Source of the DNA: Malacoraja senta
Taxonomy: Eukaryota
DNA length: 64,000 nt
Assembly: GCA_038087875.1 (NCBI GenBank)
Contig: JAXLNO010000309.1
Location: 1 to 64,000 of the forward strand
Reading direction: 5' to 3'
Made by a program: the position numbers and the translations under genes. The notes beneath the pieces were generated by a model. That model was not told the DNA's origin, ran no database searches, and saw only the letters and a program-made list of their open reading frames with translations. Each line of letters opens with the position of its first letter. Position 1 is the stretch's first letter. Of this stretch, positions 1 to 12,714 are shown in pieces.

Positions 1-654
1 TCAATTATCTTACTGCCACTGTGCCATCCTTGTCTCAGAGGGTGGTGAATCTCTGGAATTCTGTGCCTGAGGGTAGTGGCGGCTGGATCATCAGACATAT
101 TTAAGTTGGAGATGGAAAAAATATTTGAAAGTTCAGGATAAAGATGCTGACTATCTACCCCGTTTGTGTCCCTCAGAATTTTATAAACTTTGTTTAAATA
201 AAAATGTCGATCACCTTCCCAATTTCTTCTTATAACTCAAGCCCCTCCCCGTCCAGAAAACATGAATTTGCATTTTTTCAGCTCAGAAATATTGGAGGAG
301 TAACGACAATGTTGATAAATAAGAATAGTTGAGGCCAGCATAGCCAGCCATGATCCCATTGAATGGTGGGCTGGACTTGAGGGGCTGAGTGGCCTGCTCC
401 TGCTACTGTTATTGTCTCCTGCCCTTCCATATCTGGAGCAAAGATGGCTGAGAGTCACATCCAGAAGAAAGAATGAGAAGCACTCACTGCACACACCCTG
501 TGCTTACAGTTTTCAGCCTGAAGAAGGGTCCAGAGCTGAAAGTCACCTGTCCGTTCCCTCCACTGATGCTGCCTGACCCACTGAGTTACTTCAGCACTTC
601 ATGTTTTGCTGAGTTTGCAGTTTGCCTGGTTGAAGTTGAATCACTAAATCATTG

Positions 655-2660
655 AAAGATACAGCATGGATACAGACTCTTCGTCTCTCTAAGTCCACGC
701 CAGCAATCGATCACCCGTTCACACCAGATCTATGTTATCCCACTTCCTCAGCCACTCACACACACACTAGGAGCAACTTACAGAGGTCGATTAAACAGGT
801 CCAAACTCACATGTTTTAGGGATGTGGGCGGAAACTGCAGCACCCAGAAGAAACCAACATGGCCACAGGGAGGACGTGCAAACTCCACACGAACAGTGCA
901 TTAATCATGTATTGTCTTTCAGCCGACTGGTTAGTGCGCAACAACAACTTTTCACTGTGCCTCGGTCCACGTGACAATAAACTAAACTGAAACAGACGGC
1001 AGCAGAAGTCAGGATCTATCCCAGGTTTCTGGGGCTGTGAGGCAGCAATGTGTTTTAAACTGTCCTATGTGGCTGAAGATTATGACAGTAAAGACTTTAA
1101 TCCACTTCCATGGAAATGCTCTGGCCTGGCGTGTATTTTGTGGCATTTTCTGTGTTTGTGTTGCCTTTTGTTGACGTGCTTATTCTGCTCAGTAATCTGT
1201 CAGTGCCTGCACTAATACTGTACACCTTTTCACCAGGACAGGTTGGAAAAATCCACATATTTTCTCCAGATCCAAAAGGAGCAAGCATGTCACAGTCAGA
1301 GCCAACAAGAAGCAAAGATTCATAAAATCAAGGTACGATTTCTTGTAACCAGGTTTAGTTTTAAAGTGATCCATGCACCGTTGAACTTGCAGGTAGTTCA
1401 GTTTAGAGATATAGCAGGGAACCAGGCCCTTCGGCCCACCGATTCCGTGCCGACCAGGGATCCCTGCACACTGACACTGTCCTACACACACTAGGGGCAA
1501 TTTACAATTTTACTGGCCAATTAATCTACAAATTTGTACGTCTCTGGAATGTGGCAGAAACCGGAGCTCCCAGAGAGAACACACGCAGGTCATGGGGAGA
1601 ATGCACAAACTGTACAGACAGCAGCGATAGTCAGGATTGAACTCGTGGGTCTGTGTTGCTGTGAGGCAGTAGTTCTACCCCTGCTCCACCATGCCGGTCT
1701 TGTTGACGTGTACATCATATTCACAGGGCTTGATGGTAAAGATATTGTTTCTCCTGCCCGAACACCCCCCCCTCCGCGACGCACCAATTTATTTCCCTCC
1801 ACTTACATTCCTTCCTCTGGTTTCACAATTTGCAACTCTTCAATCCTTTTATCTCATCCCATCAGTTTTTTTCATCTCAACCCGAGAGGCCTGGATAGAG
1901 TGGATGTGGAGAGGATGTTTCCACTAGATCCATTTTAGTTTAGTTTAGAGATACAGCATGGAATCACCGAGTCAACGATCCTCATACACGTCCCATCCTA
2001 CACACAAGGGACAGTTGACAGTGTGCAGGATAGAGCCACCACAGTGTTTCTATCAGAGATCACCCATACACTTGTTCCATCCTACAAACCAGAGACAGTT
2101 GACAGTATGTAGGGTAGAATAATCGCAGTGGTTCTCTTTGCACCCTCAGTTTTAAGACAAAGACATTGTGACAGCATGGGGTTCTGCTGGGTGCCACGAT
2201 CCCCACACACCTCTCCTTTCCCCTACACTCAGCCACAAAGATGTGCAGGCCTGCAGCCCAACTGTGTGTGAGCCACCAGCAGATCCCTGCCCCACAGCGC
2301 CAGGGACCCGGGGTCTGACTCTGAGCACTCGGGCACACCAGCTCCACCCCACACACTGAGGACAATTCTGTGTGTAGTATAGAACTATTGCGCGGAGCAC
2401 CTGGAGGAAACCCACACGACCTCAAGGAGCACCCCAGGTCTGGATCGAATCCGAGCCTGGAGCAGCGGCTCCACCAGAGATCCACAGAACCCCCACAACC
2501 CACAGAAGCCAACTAATCCACAAACCTGCACGTCTCCGCCCAGCGAGAGGAAACCCGAGCACCCGGAGAAAACCCACACTGTCGCAGGAAGCCCCCAGCG
2601 TCAAACTCTGGTCTCTGGTGCTGTAAGGCAGCAACTACTGCGGTGCCACTGTGCCATCCT
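655..2660 (-). mobile_element. several - strand SINE copies (about 655-1048, 1396-1695, 1935-2660) around TRIM-A exon 2
   Basis: reverse complement of the SINE head and core, with tttag repeats at their left ends. Confidence 0.7.
1237..1332 (+). CDS. TRIM-A exon 2 (coiled-coil start, DRLEKSTYFLQIQKEQACHSQSQQEAKIHKIK)
   Basis: ttttcaccag acceptor, aag|gtac donor; exactly 96 nt, phase 0/0, the usual size of this exon in RBCC-B30.2 TRIM genes and the same size as TRIM-B exon 2. Confidence 0.8.
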
Positions 2661-2936
2661 TCTGTATTGTGTGTCCTTTACTGTTTATTGTGGAGGGAAT
2701 GTTTATCGGCTGTTTTCCAATAGTGTTGTTCATATCCCTCATTGGGTATTAGTGGACAATGAGTAATAACGGACACCATCTCCACCCTGTGGTCCGTTAC
2801 AGCGAGGGTTTACTGTATAACTGATATATCTGGTATTGTATATCTGATCTGTGTGGACGGCAGCAAAACAAAGCTTTTCACTGTACATGGTGTCAATAAT
2901 AAACCTAAACCCACTGATCTTGCTGGTTCTACACAG

Positions 2937-3170
2937 GAGAAGGGCCGACTGCTGAAGGAGTGGGTCGAGGTCGATCTATCCAGCATCTACCGATTCCTGG
3001 ACGCGAGGAAGCAGGAGATGGAGGCGAAGATCGATGAAGAGGTGTGCAGGACGGTTCAGCCCTTGCAAGAGGACCTGGCGAAGATCTGCCTGGAAGCCTG
3101 CACGATCGAGCAAACCATCCGGGATGTGCAGCTGCAACTGAGCTACGGGGAGCCCCAGGAGATGCTTCAG
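2937..3170 (+). CDS. TRIM-A exon 3 (coiled coil, EKGRLLKEWVEVDLSSIYRFLD...PQEMLQ)
   Basis: acacag acceptor, cag|gtaag donor, 234 nt open in phase 0 (inside ORF 2853..3257); heptad-like E/K/L/Q-rich sequence; paralogous to the 231-nt TRIM-B exon 3. Confidence 0.85.
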
Positions 3171-3439
3171 GTAAGAAGCAGCAGGCAGCCCACACTTGTG
3201 AAACATGCAATGGACCTTCACCATTCTTCTTCACTATTTCGCATTTCTGTTACCTAATTTCAGCCAGTCGATGAAAGAGCTTGCATCAAAATGTTGCTTT
3301 TTTTACCTTGAGACACTCTTGTTGCACCTCTGCACAAAAGAGGTGTCCAGACCAGCATAGATCACCCATGATGACATTGAATGTATGGGGTAGGATTGAG
3401 AGCCGAGTGGCCAACTGTGACTGTTATTTTCTTGTGCTT

Positions 3440-4725
3440 GTGACAAGAGGATTTAAGAATAGGAGCAGGGAGGTCTTGCTTCAACTGTTTCCAAGGACGT
3501 TTCTAGTAATGGGAGAATCTATAACCAGAGGGCACAGCCTCGGAATAAAAGGATGTACGTTCAAAATGGAGTTGAAGGAATTGTTTTTGCCAGAGGGTGG
3601 TGAATCTGGGGAAATTGGCACAAACATCCATAGAGGCCAAGACATTGGTTATTTTTAAGGCAGAAATTGATAGGTTATTGATTAGGTTGAGCGTTATTGG
3701 TTACGATGAGATAGCAATAGAATGGGGTTGAGAGGGAAAAATAGATCACCTATGATTGATTGGCAGACCAGATTGAATGGGCTGAATGGCCTAATTCTGC
3801 TCCTGTGTCTTGTGGTCTTCTGCACAGAGTCTTGGTAAGATTGCACCTTTGAGTATTGTATACATTTTTTATCTCCTTGTCTAAGGAAGGATGTTCTTGC
3901 TATGGAGGGAGTTCAGTGAAGATTTCCTGATCCCTGAGACAGCAGGACTGATGAATGAAGGCTTAATTTCTTAATAGTTTAGAAGAATGAGAGTGGAACT
4001 CGCAGAAACCTGCAGAATTCACAGATGTACCATACACATGCACAGAGTGTATATTCGGAGTCTCTTGCCCAGAGTGCGAGAATCGAGGACCAGATCACAT
4101 AGGTTTAAGGTGAAGGGGAAAAGATTTAATAGGATTCTGAGGGTAACTTTTTCACACAAAGGGTGGTGGGTGTATGGAACAAGCTGCTGGAAAAGGTAGT
4201 TGAGGATGGGACTATCCCAACGTTTAAGAAACAGTTAGACAGATGTATGGATAGGACAGGTTTGGAGGGTTATGGACCAAACGCAGGCAGGTGGGAGTAG
4301 TGTAGCTGGGGCATGTTGGCCGGTTTGGGCAAGTTGGGCCAAACAGCTTGTTTCCACACTGTTTCACCCTATGTCTCTAATTCTATCAGGATTGGAAAGG
4401 TTAGATACAGGAAGGATATTTCTGAAATCCAGAACCCAGTATAAAGATAAGGTGTGATACGTTTAAGACTGAGATGAGGCAGTTTTTTTTTCTCCCAAGA
4501 CCGTAGTGAGTCTGTCGAGTTATCTACCGCAGGACGCAGTTGCAACAAAATCATTAAATTTGTTCATCGTGGATTTCTGTATTTTCTCTGAGTTAGTAGG
4601 ATCAGCAGAAATGGGGCAAATATTGAAACAGGGAAAGTCAGTGATCCCCCCATGATCATATTGAATGGTGGGAACAGTTTTGAAGGGTCAAATGTCCTAT
4701 TCCTGCTCCTATATTTCTATGAATT
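3440..4725 (+). mobile_element. cluster of old CR1 3' fragments
   Basis: repeated SRTRGH / FFxxRVVxxWN-type segments and CR1-like tails at about 3810, 4375 and 4720. Confidence 0.7.
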
Positions 4726-4796
4726 ATAATCTACCGTGCTGGACTGGGAAGGAATCTACCTTCCATGTCCAGTCTAGTCTACACATGACTTCAGCC

Positions 4797-5146
4797 CAGG
4801 GGTGGGGAACCTTTTCATGTTGGAATGCCGCATTAAGTTAGCTGTAATCTAATAAGGCCGCATCCAAGATACTTCAATCAGATATACTTCAAAATGTACA
4901 TTATTTTGTTAAAATAGCCCTCATGACTTACTAATGTTTTAATTGTGGGGGAGTCGGTGAGGATTATTTTGTTGAATCTTCTTTTACTCTTTGGTATTTT
5001 AAATACGTTCATTTTAAGATTAAAATAAAAATAATAAGACGAACAAAAACATATTAATAAAAATAAAAGGATTTGTTCTACAAAATTTGGATTCTTTCAA
5101 AAGGCCACACTTAATGGCCTAAAAGGCCGCATGTTCCCCACCCCTG
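4797..5146. mobile_element. non-autonomous hAT MITE, 350 bp
   Basis: 14-bp TIR CAGGGGTGGGGAAC / GTTCCCCACCCCTG; 8-bp TSD CTTCAGCC / CTTCATCC (7 of 8 match); AT-rich interior. Confidence 0.85.
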
Positions 5147-5164
5147 CTTCATCCCATCACATTG

Positions 5165-5463
5165 GATGGCGCGGTGGTGCAGTGGTAGAGTTGCTGAGTT
5201 GCTAACTTACAGCACCAGAGACCCAGGTTCGATCCTGACTACGGGTGCTGTCTGTACAGGGTTTTTATGTTCTCTCTGTGACCGCGTGGGTTTTCTCCGG
5301 TTTCCTGTCACATTCCAAAGACGTGCAGGTTTGTAGGTTAATTGATTTCTGAAATTGTCACTGGCGTGTAGCAGAGAACAAGTCTATGGTTGATTGTTGG
5401 TTGGCGATGACTTTGTGGGCCGGACGGCCTGATTCCATGCTATATCTCTAAACTAAACTAAAC
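5165..5463 (+). mobile_element. tRNA-derived SINE (V-SINE/HE1-like)
   Basis: A-box GGTGCAGTGG, B-box GGTTCGATCC, conserved core gtgctgtctgt..gttctc..gtgacc, (AAACT)n tail. Confidence 0.85.
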
Positions 5464-6493
5464 ATTAGTTTAGGATCATGTGTTCCTGGATACAGTGTAA
5501 AGCTTTGTTTTTCATGCTATCCTCATAGATCAGATATATACAATCAAGTCAAACTCAAGTACAATAGGTAGAGCAAAAAGGGAAGGTACAGGGCACAGGA
5601 TTTAGTCATCAGTTCCATAGACAAAGTCCACTGTTCACAGAGCAGTAGAGGTGAATCGGACTGTCCCCAGCTTCTGGAGGTACCCTTTCAATAAGACGGA
5701 AATAACCCAAGGAATTGTGGAGTTAATAGACTAAAGGGATAGTTGGTCTATGCCAGTGTAAAAGAATCATGCTCCTATATTGGCTAATAGCTAATTACAT
5801 ATTGTGATGTTTAACTTGCAAGACTGAGTGCAACACCCATTAATCTATTTTATTTTTTCGAAGGAGCAGCAATTCTGATTTATAGATGTGATATTGGTCT
5901 TCCCTGATCTAAATTCCATGATCATTCTGAGGTACACTTTGACAGCTTCTCTGCACCTGAGCCATGATTCACTATTCATTTCCCCCCTCTTTCCTCACCT
6001 TCCCATAACTCAACTCAACAAAATCTTTCTCCATTTTGTTTCTATCATCGCTCAGAAGAAGAATCCCACCACAAGTTTTTTTATTTGTGTCGTAAAACGA
6101 TCAATTTATTTTATTTTAGTTTAGAGATGCAGTGTGGAAACGGGCCTTTCCACCCACCGAGTGAACGTCAACCAATAATCACCCATAAACTAGTTCTTTC
6201 CTACCCATTAGGGACAATTTACAGAAGCCAATTAACCTACCAACCTGCACATCTTTGAGATGTGAGAGGAAACCGGAGCACTCGGAGAAGAACCACATAG
6301 TCACAGGGAGAACATATAAACTGCACCCATAGTAATGGGACATCCATTGCACCCACATGTAGACAGCGCCCATAGTCAGGATCGAACCTTGTGCCTTGTG
6401 CTGCCCTTAATTGAATGTGCATCCTTAATTTTATTTGAATGAACTGATCAGATCATGAGAATTTAAACCTTTTTATTTTTTTTTACTTTTTAG

Positions 6494-6516
6494 GACATCA
6501 AGCAGTTGTTGGACAG
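6494..6516 (+). CDS. TRIM-A exon 4 (23-nt micro-exon, DIKQLLD-R)
   Basis: long poly-T tract plus tag acceptor, ag|gtac donor; 23 nt, matching TRIM-B exon 4 (NIKNILG-R). Confidence 0.8.
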
Positions 6517-8465
6517 GTACGTGGCTGCAACGGTTTTCTGTATGTGACTGATTAGTTCACCGTTGGTAGCTGTGCAGGGAGTTCACAGCCCTGAGAGACC
6601 CAGGAGTTCTTTGCTTCACTCTTCCCTGAGTGAGTTGGTCCCATCGCAGGTCCCAGTCCCAGTTCCTGTTGGGCAGACACTTGTTGGGAAGCGGACTTAG
6701 TGCGCAGGGCTCCCGGCCGTTTCTGTTCACTTCCCATGAATCATGGCTCTGGAGCACATGTAAAGTCGTCTAAAGAGCTGTTGGAAATATAAAGGTCCAG
6801 AGAATTATAAACAAAAACAGCCAGAAAGATAAATGTCCAGAGAATAAAAAATGCCGGAAGAAGGGTCTCAACCCAAAACATCACCTATCCATGTTTTCCA
6901 GAGATACTGCCCGACCTGCTGAGTTACTCCAGCACATTGTGTTCTTTTCTGTACACCAGCATCTGCAGTTCCTTGTTTCTACATAAAGTCATCTCTGGTT
7001 AATAGTTCTCTGCTTTGTTTAAAATTTGCTGCTTCAAGTTTGTTCCATGAGATATAAGCACAGAATTCCAGGCACTCCACTGGATTAGCAACAAATAAAG
7101 TGTTGCAGGAACTTGGTGGGTCAGGCAGCATCCGTGGAAGGAGATGGACACAAGATGTTTTGGGTTGGGGCCCTAATGGAGTAGAGGGGTGAAAGCGGGT
7201 AGAGAGAGGTGAGGGTGAAGGGTTGGGGAGGGGCTGGTGAGAGGTGGATCTAGGTGGGTAAGGGTAGTTTGGCAGATGAGGGAGAGAGGGTAGAGATTGG
7301 AACTGATACTGGAGGTGGCAAGTGGAGAAGATAAAAAGGTGTTGGTGGTGGAATCTGATGAGCTGGGACACAAAATATAAAACCATGCGGAGGGATGGTG
7401 GTTTGAAGGGAACGGGGCAGGTTTGGAATGTGGGGCCTGGGGTGGAGAAGGGTGGGAGATGCTCTGGATTACAGCAGCTGCAGTCTCTTGTGTCGTAAAG
7501 TCATAGATTCATACAGCATTGAAACAGGCCCTTCACCCCAACCTGCCCACACCCATCAACATGTCTCATTTACACTAGTCCCACCTGCCTGCATTTGGCC
7601 CATATCCCTCCAAACATATCCAATCTGTCTGTGTTTCTTAAACGTTGAGATAGCCTTTACCCTTAAACGTTACCCTTTGTGTAACCCCTCGGTTTCCTAT
7701 TAAATCTTCCCCTACTCATCTTAAATCTATGTCCTCTGGTTCTTGAATTCCCCAACTCTGGGCAAGAGACTGTGCCTTTACCTGATCTACACCTCTATAC
7801 GATCACCCCTCATACTCCTGCGCTCCAAGGAATAGAGTCCTAACCTGCTCAACATCTGCCTGTAGCTGAGGCCCCTGAGTCCTGTCAACATCCTGGTAAA
7901 ACTTCTCTGTACATTTTTCCGGCTTGATAACATCTTTCCAACGATTTGGTGTCCAAATCTGAACACAATATTCTTAATGTTGCCTCACCAACATCTTGTA
8001 TAACTGCAACATGACCTCCCAACTTCTACACTCAATACTCTGAGTGTGACTCCACTTGATGGCTCTTTTAAACATTGTTGTGTCAATCCATGTGTAAGAT
8101 CGAAAGGCACAGTTTTGGCCAATATTTATTCCTTTGCCATCACCATTATCACACGTGGTGGGACCTCACTCTAAATAATTTGGCTGCTTGACTTCCTAGG
8201 GGAACTGGGAAATGACTGCAGTCTACAATATCAATAACATTGTTGGCTGCAGGGTGCATTTCAAAGCCTTTCTTGTTTTACTTTCAATGGGCACAGTAAG
8301 CAGCCCAAGGCTGCCTGAAGTTACATAGAGAGAGAGAAGTCATGGAGAGAGATGGCCCACTGCTGGTTCCAGGGCTCAGATTACAGAAGGGTTTGGGGAA
8401 ATGTGGGTATCTGTGACTTTGCAAAGCTTCCTTCATGTGCACAAGCTTCCAATCCAATGTTCCAG

Positions 8466-8579
8466 ATGCAAACGAATACATCGCTCCAACGGACTTTCCC
8501 ACCGATCTCCACACTGACTCCATCATCACACCTTTCCGTTACGTTAAAATCTGGGATGAGCTGAAAGCACTTGTGCCAG
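8466..8579 (+). CDS. TRIM-A exon 5 (linker, ...PTDLHTDSIITPFRYVKIWDELKALVP); 5' boundary uncertain (8466 is out of phase, 8446 is in phase)
   Basis: the 3' part aligns with TRIM-B exon 5 (DLRQDDISSPFQFNLWKRMLKLINP); cag|gtac donor at 8579/8580; see the finding on phase. Confidence 0.65.
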
Positions 8580-9099
8580 GTACGTGATCCTGCTTTTTCG
8601 GGAGTTGGGGTGGAGTGAAAGGGGGTGGTGACAGGGTTCGGGATGTGCTGCTCATACATCCATTACATGGGGGCTATACTGCACTATGACTCAGTGGTAC
8701 CACACGTGCCTCTTAGAAGGTTGCAAATCCCACTCCAGAAACTTGACCACTGTAGCAACTTTGTACTGATGATGAAGGGAGTTTGAGTTTAGTTTATTGT
8801 CCAGTGTACCGAGGCACAATGACAATCTGTTTTAGTGCTAACCAGTCAACGGAAAGACAATACGTGATTACAATCAAGCCATCCGCAGTGTACAGACACA
8901 TTATAAAGAGAATAACGTGAATAATGTTTAGTTAAATCCAGTAAAGTCCAATGTGGATGGGGTGCCAATCAAGCTTTGTCCTGGCTTACAAAGTATAAAA
9001 CAGTAAATGATGGAAATAATCAGCAGGCCAAGCAGCATTTAGACAGAGAAACAGAGTGTTAATATTTCAGGTCATAGATCATGATACAGGAGTCTTCAC

Positions 9100-10090
9100 T
9101 GTAAAGACTCTATCCCCTACACCCAATTCCTCTGTTTACGCCGCATCTGCGCCCAGGATGAGGTGTTCCATACCGGGGCATCGGAGATGTCCTCATTCAT
9201 TAGGGAACGGAGGTTCCCCTCTTCCATTATAGATGAGGCTCTCACTAGGGTCTCCTCTATATTCCGCAGCTCCGCTCTTACTCCCCCTCCCCCTATTTGT
9301 AACAAGGAGAGAGTCACCCTTGTCCGCACCTTCCACTCCATCAGCCGTCGCATACAACATATAATCCTCCGACACCTCCAACGGGATCCCACTGCTGGAC
9401 ACATCTTCCCATCTCCACCCCCTCTGCTTTCTGCAGACACCATTCCCTCTATAACTCCCTGGTCAATTCGCCCCTTCCCACCCGAACCACATCCTCTCCA
9501 AGTACTTTCCCCTGCAACCGCAGGAGATGCAACACTTGTCCCCTAACCTCCCCCCTCGACTCCATCCAAGGACCCAATCAGTCTTTCCAGGTGAGGCAGA
9601 GGTTCACTTGCACCTCCTCCAACCTCATCTACTGTATCCACTGTTCCAGGTGTAATCTTCTCTACATCGGCAAGACCAAGCATAGGCTGAACACCTCCGC
9701 TCAATCCATCGTCACCAAGCTGATCTCCCAGTGGCTCAGCACTTTAACTCCTCCTCCCATTCCCAATCTGACCTTTCTGTCCTGGGCCTCCTCCATTGTC
9801 AGAGTGAGGCCCAGCGCAAATTGGAGGAACAGCATCTCATATTTCGCTTGGGCAGTTTACACCCCAGCGGTATGAACATTGACCTCCAATTTCAGATAGC
9901 CTTTGCTTCCTCCCTCCATCCCCTCCCCCTTCCCAGTTGTCCTATTGTCTCCGCCCATTTAATATCTTTTCCCGCCCCCCCCCGCCATCAGTCTGAAGAA
10001 GGGTCTCGACTCGAAACGTCACCCATTCCTTCTCTCCATAGATGCTGCCTCACCTGCTGAGTTACTCCAGCATTTTGTGTCTACCTTCTC
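9100..10090 (+). mobile_element. degenerate Penelope-like element with terminal repeat
   Basis: frameshifted homolog of the 12715-13844 ORF (NLIYCIHC..LYIGKTK; EEQHLIFRLGSLHPSGMN). Confidence 0.88.
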
Positions 10091-10365
10091 TCCAGACATA
10101 CTGCCGGTCCCACTGAGTTACTCCAACTTTGTGTGTCTATCTTCACTTGCTAATCATGCCTTGCACATTCTCATCAACATTATTGATGGAGATGACAAAA
10201 CAGCAATGGGCCCAGCACCGAACCCTGAGGCACACCACTAGTCACGGGCCTCCAGCCCGAAAAGCAACCTTCCACCATCGCCCTCTGCTTCCTTCCATGA
10301 AGCCAACAGCGTGAGCCCCACAGTGGGGAACAATCTCCACTGACCGACAGTTTCATGCCTTTCAG

Positions 10366-10895
10366 CCCGGGAGTCTCTGAAGCTGGACGCCAGGACAGCT
10401 CACCCCTGGCTGGTCCTGTCCGAGGACCTGCGCAGTGTGGTGGACGGTGAGAAGCGGCGGGAGTGCTCGCTCTCGCCCCAGCGCTTCAACCACTGGCTGT
10501 GCGTGCTGGCCGGCAGCGGCTTCAAGTCGGGGCGACACTACTGGGACGTGGAGCTGGGAGATAACCAGGCCTGCTTGCTGGGGGTGGCCAGCGAGTTGGC
10601 CGACCGGCTGATCACCGGGCCGCTGGTGCCGCAGGATGGCTACTGGGTGCTGGAGATGGTCAACGGCAACCTGGTCAACCTGGGAGGGCCGGGGCCCCGG
10701 AGCCTCCCCCTCCGACACAAGCCCCAAACCGTCCGCGTCTACCTGGACTACGAGATGGGGCACCTGTCGTTCTACAATGCCGACAGCCTGTGCCACCTCT
10801 ACACCCTGCACCACAAGTTCACACAGACCCTCTTCCCTCTCTTCAACCCCCACAACAAGAAGGAAGGCAGTAGCGGCCCACTCAGGCTGGCCTGA
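10366..10895 (+). CDS. TRIM-A last exon, B30.2/PRY-SPRY domain
   Basis: tttcag acceptor (phase 1); LDARTAHPWLVLSED, CVLAGSGFKSGRHYWDVE, VRVYLDYEMGHLSFYNAD and LFPLFNP are typical PRY-SPRY motifs; TGA at 10893-10895. Confidence 0.93.
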
Positions 10896-11297
10896 TACTG
10901 ACCCTGGGAGGGTGTCCGCAGGGCTTTTCCCAAGGAGCTGCTCCAACCTGGGATGGATAAATCCCAAGGCTTTTCCGGTTAACTCTTGCCCCTTGGTTTG
11001 AAGCATTAAAGGTAATGAGGGCGGCAGAGTGGCACAGGTGGAAGATCCACTGCCTCACGGTGTGAAATAAGCACGTCGGGCGCTGTGTGGTGCTTGTAGA
11101 TAGATGCCCCACCAACTTCACCTGTGCCTACTATTGTATGGTGATAACTGCTTTAAAAAGGGGTTAACAAGCGTGTGGATCCAAGGTCCAGTTTAATATT
11201 GCTGTGAACACAAATATTTGCACTTTGTTGTTTTGAGGGGGATGAGTTGTTAAGGCGGGTTGTTAAGATGAGTTGTTAAATGGTTTTTATGAAGTTA

Positions 11298-11303
11298 AAT
11301 AAA
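11298..11303 (+). terminator. candidate polyadenylation signal of TRIM-A
   Basis: AATAAA about 400 nt after the stop codon, just before repeat-derived sequence resumes. Confidence 0.45.
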
Positions 11304-12324
11304 GTTTACACACCAAATGACGTGATGCGTCCTTCTGTATCCATCCACATCCCCCTGATGGCTACAATTCTGAAACCTCCAGTCTTACACGGCTCAGCCA
11401 TTCGTAGAAGCTGGAACAATACAACACAGCAACCGGTCTTGAAAGTCTGAAGAAGGGTCTCGACCCGAAACGTCACCCATTCCTTCTATCCAGAGATGCT
11501 GCCTGTCCCGCTGAGTTTCTCCTGCATTTTGTGTCTATCTTCAGTGTAAACCAACAACAGGCCCTTCGGTTCACCGTGTCTGTGCCGATGAGGATCTAAA
11601 CTGTACATCTTCCTTCACCTTGTCTATATCTCCTCAAATCTCTAACTGTTTATGTGCCTTTTGAAATGTATCCTACGTGTTGCTGTTGTTATTTGTTCCC
11701 TCGCTTCCCCTGACAGTGCGCTCCAGGCACCGACTGCTCTCTTGTGTAAACAAATATATTCTGAGAACTCTATTCCGTTACACAAGACTCAGGAACAGCT
11801 CCTTCCCATCTGGTATTAGGCTTCTCAATGGTCTTTCCATAAGCTAGAGTACAGTCTGATTCTGCTCTCCCCCATTGCAGACATTGGACTTTGTCTTTGA
11901 AACTGTTGCGCTACAATGGTGAAAACTGTAGTCTGTACTCTGTATCTTTTCCTTCACTCCACCTATTGTAGCTGAGTGTGGATTGGTTGTGTTTATGTGT
12001 AGTATTATCCTACTTTGAATGGCTAGCGTGAAAACAAAGCTTTTCACTGTACTTCAGTACATGTGACAGTAATAAACCTAAACTGAAATCTACAACTTGC
12101 CACATAAATCTCCTTTAAACTTCTCTCCTCTCACCTTAAAGCTACGGTGTCTACCCCAAGAACATCCAATAGAACAGCACAGGAGGAGGACCTTTCACCC
12201 ACAATGTCTGTACTGAACATTATACCAAAATAAGCTAATCACCATTACCTACACATGATCCATATCCCTCCATTCCCTGCATATCCATGTGCCAATCGAA
12301 AACTCTCTTAAGTACTACTATATT

Positions 12325-12714
12325 CACTGGAATTTAGAAGGATGAGAGGGATTCTTATAGAAACATATAAAATGATTAAGAGATTGGACACACTAGATGC
12401 AGGAAAAATGTTCCCGATGTTGGGGGTGTCCAGAACCAGCGGTCACAGTTTAAGAATAAGGGGTAGGCCATTTAGGACTGAGATGAGGAAAAGATTTTTC
12501 ACCCAGAGAGTTGTGAATCTGTGGAATTCTCTGACACAGAGGGCACTGGAGTCCAATTCACAGGATGTATTCAAGAGAGAGTTAGATATAGCTCTTAGGA
12601 CTAACGGAATTAAGGGATATAGGTAAAATGCAGGAACATGGTACTGATTCTGGATGATCAGCCATGAACATATTGAATGGCGGTGCTGGCTCGAAGTGCC
12701 GAATGTCCTATTTT
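12325..12714 (+). mobile_element. CR1 LINE 3' fragment (tail resumes at 13845 after a Penelope insertion)
   Basis: ORF 12342..12626 with RGILIETYK and FFTQRVVNLWNSL; CR1 3'UTR. Confidence 0.88.

Noticed and set aside
10362..11006. 214-aa - strand ORF
   Set aside because: Antisense shadow of the GC-rich B30.2 exon
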